From: Monocercomonoides exilis PA203
Taxonomy: Eukaryota; Protista; Preaxostyla
Length of the DNA stretch: 64,000 nt
Assembly: GCA_001643675.2 (NCBI GenBank)
Contig: LSRY02000011.1
Location: 868,001-932,000, forward strand
Reading direction: 5' to 3'
The notes under the pieces were generated by a model, which was not told the DNA's origin, searched no databases, and saw nothing but the letters and a program-made list of their open reading frames with translations. Of this stretch, positions 62,043 through 64,000 are shown piece by piece; the stretch's first letter is position 1, and each line of letters begins with the position of its first letter. The position numbers and the translations under genes were made by a program.

Positions 62043-62255
62043 ATGGGTCGGAAGAAGATATACGCAACTGTGGAAGAAGCGAAAGCGGCTCAACAGAAAC
62101 AAATTAAACAGTTTCAGGAAAAACATAAAGAAGAAACTAAGTGTTACAACGAACATGTATCTGAAAAACAGAAGAAGTTGATGAAGATATTGAGGAGAAA
62201 GCTTATCGAAAATTACGAGCTGTTAGATGAGATGATGGAAAAAGTTAATGGTTAA
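62043..62255 (+). CDS. Small basic helical protein (70 aa), probably an accessory gene of the helicase element
   Basis: Intact ATG-TAA ORF MGRKKIYATVEEAKAAQQKQIKQFQEKHKEE...; basic N-terminus plus coiled coil; convergent with the helicase gene. Confidence 0.55.
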   Translation: MGRKKIYATVEEAKAAQQKQIKQFQEKHKEETKCYNEHVSEKQKKLMKILRRKLIENYELLDEMMEKVNG

Positions 62256-62497
62256 GGTGAATGTGTTTAATTTTGGTTAAAAGAGTTAATTGTTTTGCCT
62301 GGACGGGTTAAACTGGGCAGGTAATAAGTGTGTGCTGTGGCGTGGAAATATTGGGTTAAATCTCCTAGCTTTTCACCTGTACCGGGTGCACCGGGTCAAT
62401 TCCATTCTCCAAAATATGTGGACAAACGGGCAAAGAGAGCAAAGTGGGCAAAATTCATTTAATGAGTAAAAACAAAACAGTAACATTTCTGTTATTA

Positions 62498-64000
62498 TTA
62501 ATTATCCTCTTCTTCGAATATCGTTTGTTTGCACATTTGTTTGCATTCATCTTTCAATATAAAATGCCATGATCGTATTCCATTTATAGATTTTTGTTTA
62601 CGTTCACATTTATCTTTCAGTTGCAGTTGGAAGTTCTTGTCTTTAATTTCAACAGGTTTACAGAGGAGAGCTTCTGTACAATTCATTCCAACATATAGCT
62701 CGTCGTAATGATTGCAAATCCACATTTCCAACGGACTTTTGCTTGCTTCTATAATATCTATTTTAGCCTCTGTCATTGGTATTGATCTAACGTTAAATGG
62801 AGAAAGGTCTTTGTTCATCAAATATGTGAGCAAATTGTCATTAAACTCTGTCGTAAATGAAAAACATAGCTGTTTGAAATAATCGAAATTGTTCTTGTAT
62901 TTACCGTTACATGCAAGAACAACATATCTGCGATCGCCTGTTTCTATCTTTACAGGAAATGAGTGGTTTGTAATAAATATAAAATTAGCCACATTCTCGG
63001 CGGTTCTACGAGGTTGATTCTTCTCGTTTATTCTAGTAAAGTTTTTTGTTATTACAGACTTCAACGCATTGAAATTTGCTTATTTATCGTCTCCACAATT
63101 TTTCAGTTCATTCAAAACTATCATCATTTTGGTTTCAACAACAGAGTTGAAGTTTCCAGTTAATTCTCCAATTTCTGTGACATTTCTCCTTGAATAACAA
63201 GCGAATAGTTCATATATAACATCTGTGGATCTGTTTTTCCCAATACCTTGAACACCTTTCAATGTTAATGTTGTTTCATTTTTCATTCCAGAGTGTTGAA
63301 CAATGGTTGCAATCCAGTTAATAACATATTCATATTCGTTGTCGTTGGAATCAGTAATTACCTCTCGAACAAAGTCAAGAAACATTGAGATTATTTCCAT
63401 AACTTCATGTTCTCGTAAATTGTATTTGAAACCTTGAAATATTGAGAATACATTAGCTGTATCTTTTGCGTTAAACACAATACCTTGCAATGTTCGTTTC
63501 GACAAACAAGACAGTAGAATGTCTTATGCTGTTGTTGTTTTATGTTCAGTTTACCACAGTTTAATCATTTTTAAATTACGTGTCATATTTATGTCTGAAA
63601 CAATCGTTATTCCCTAACGTTTGTATTATATATTGAAATCTTTTTGAATATACATTGCACCTGTTTCAATAAGTCATATATAACTCTCGACAAATAACTA
63701 ATAACATCATCAGCTATTTTGAATTGTTTTGTCTCAGTTTTTCGTCGAATGTCTGTCATGAAAAACGAATCAGACATATCAAATGGTTTAACGATGTTGC
63801 TGACGTTTCTCAGAAACGGTAATATCTCGTTTGTGTTATAGTCATTATTCAATATCTTGAACGTATTAACTAATACAAATGCCGATGACCTCAAACATCT
63901 GTGTCGTTGTTTTGCAACATAATAGTTATCACGAGCTTTAGCTGTTAAATTGTCACTGTTTTGTACTCTGCAGTAAGCTTATTCGATATGCTCATTCGGT
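62498..64000 (-). pseudogene. Superfamily-3 (D5-like / DUF5906-type) helicase gene of a mobile or virus-like element, disrupted; 5' part off the right edge
   Basis: FSIFQGFKY; YEYVINWIATIVQHSG; Walker A LKGVQGIGKN; LTGNFNS; Walker B MIVLNEL; then, past one in-frame TAA (63080-63082), ANFNALKSVIT...RINEKNQP; motif C NFIFITNH; Arg finger GDRRYVV. Further breaks upstream at 63505-63607. No introns seen. Confidence 0.85.

Noticed and set aside
1-64000. CRISPR arrays, tRNA, rRNA or telomeric repeats
   Set aside because: No regularly spaced direct repeats with unique spacers, cloverleaf or rRNA signatures, or telomere arrays were seen by eye. tRNAscan-SE or Infernal would be needed to exclude small RNAs.

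Overview
Eukaryotic, AT-rich, intron-containing protist DNA in the standard genetic code. Gene families and style (short GT-AG introns, Ser/Gln/Glu low-complexity inserts, giant beta-helix receptor-pseudokinase, 'MENA.LLLK..GY' multicopy family) point to an oxymonad such as Monocercomonoides; this is inference. Two compact housekeeping blocks are present. The first (1-9.8 kb) holds a Pecanex/PCNX4-like gene, CFAP96/DUF4586, RFT1, a miniature COG5-N protein and a cathepsin B fused to a Frizzled-like Cys-rich domain. The second (30.9-61 kb) holds a coiled-coil protein, a Ulp1 SUMO protease, a ~5,650-aa polyQ/polyS protein, VPS45 and a protein with an SLX4-like UBZ finger. Between them is a ~21-kb gene-poor accessory tract with a 952-bp foldback palindrome (408-bp arms) nested in an older MITE, a 2,600-aa receptor-pseudokinase, a lineage-specific pseudogene and a decayed pogo/DDE_1 transposase. 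The right end (61.6-64 kb) holds part of a decayed virus/plasmid-like element: an SF3/D5-type helicase, a convergent small basic ORF, iteron-like YGGGY repeats and a hairpin. All protein-family calls come from motif recognition by eye, not from database searches.
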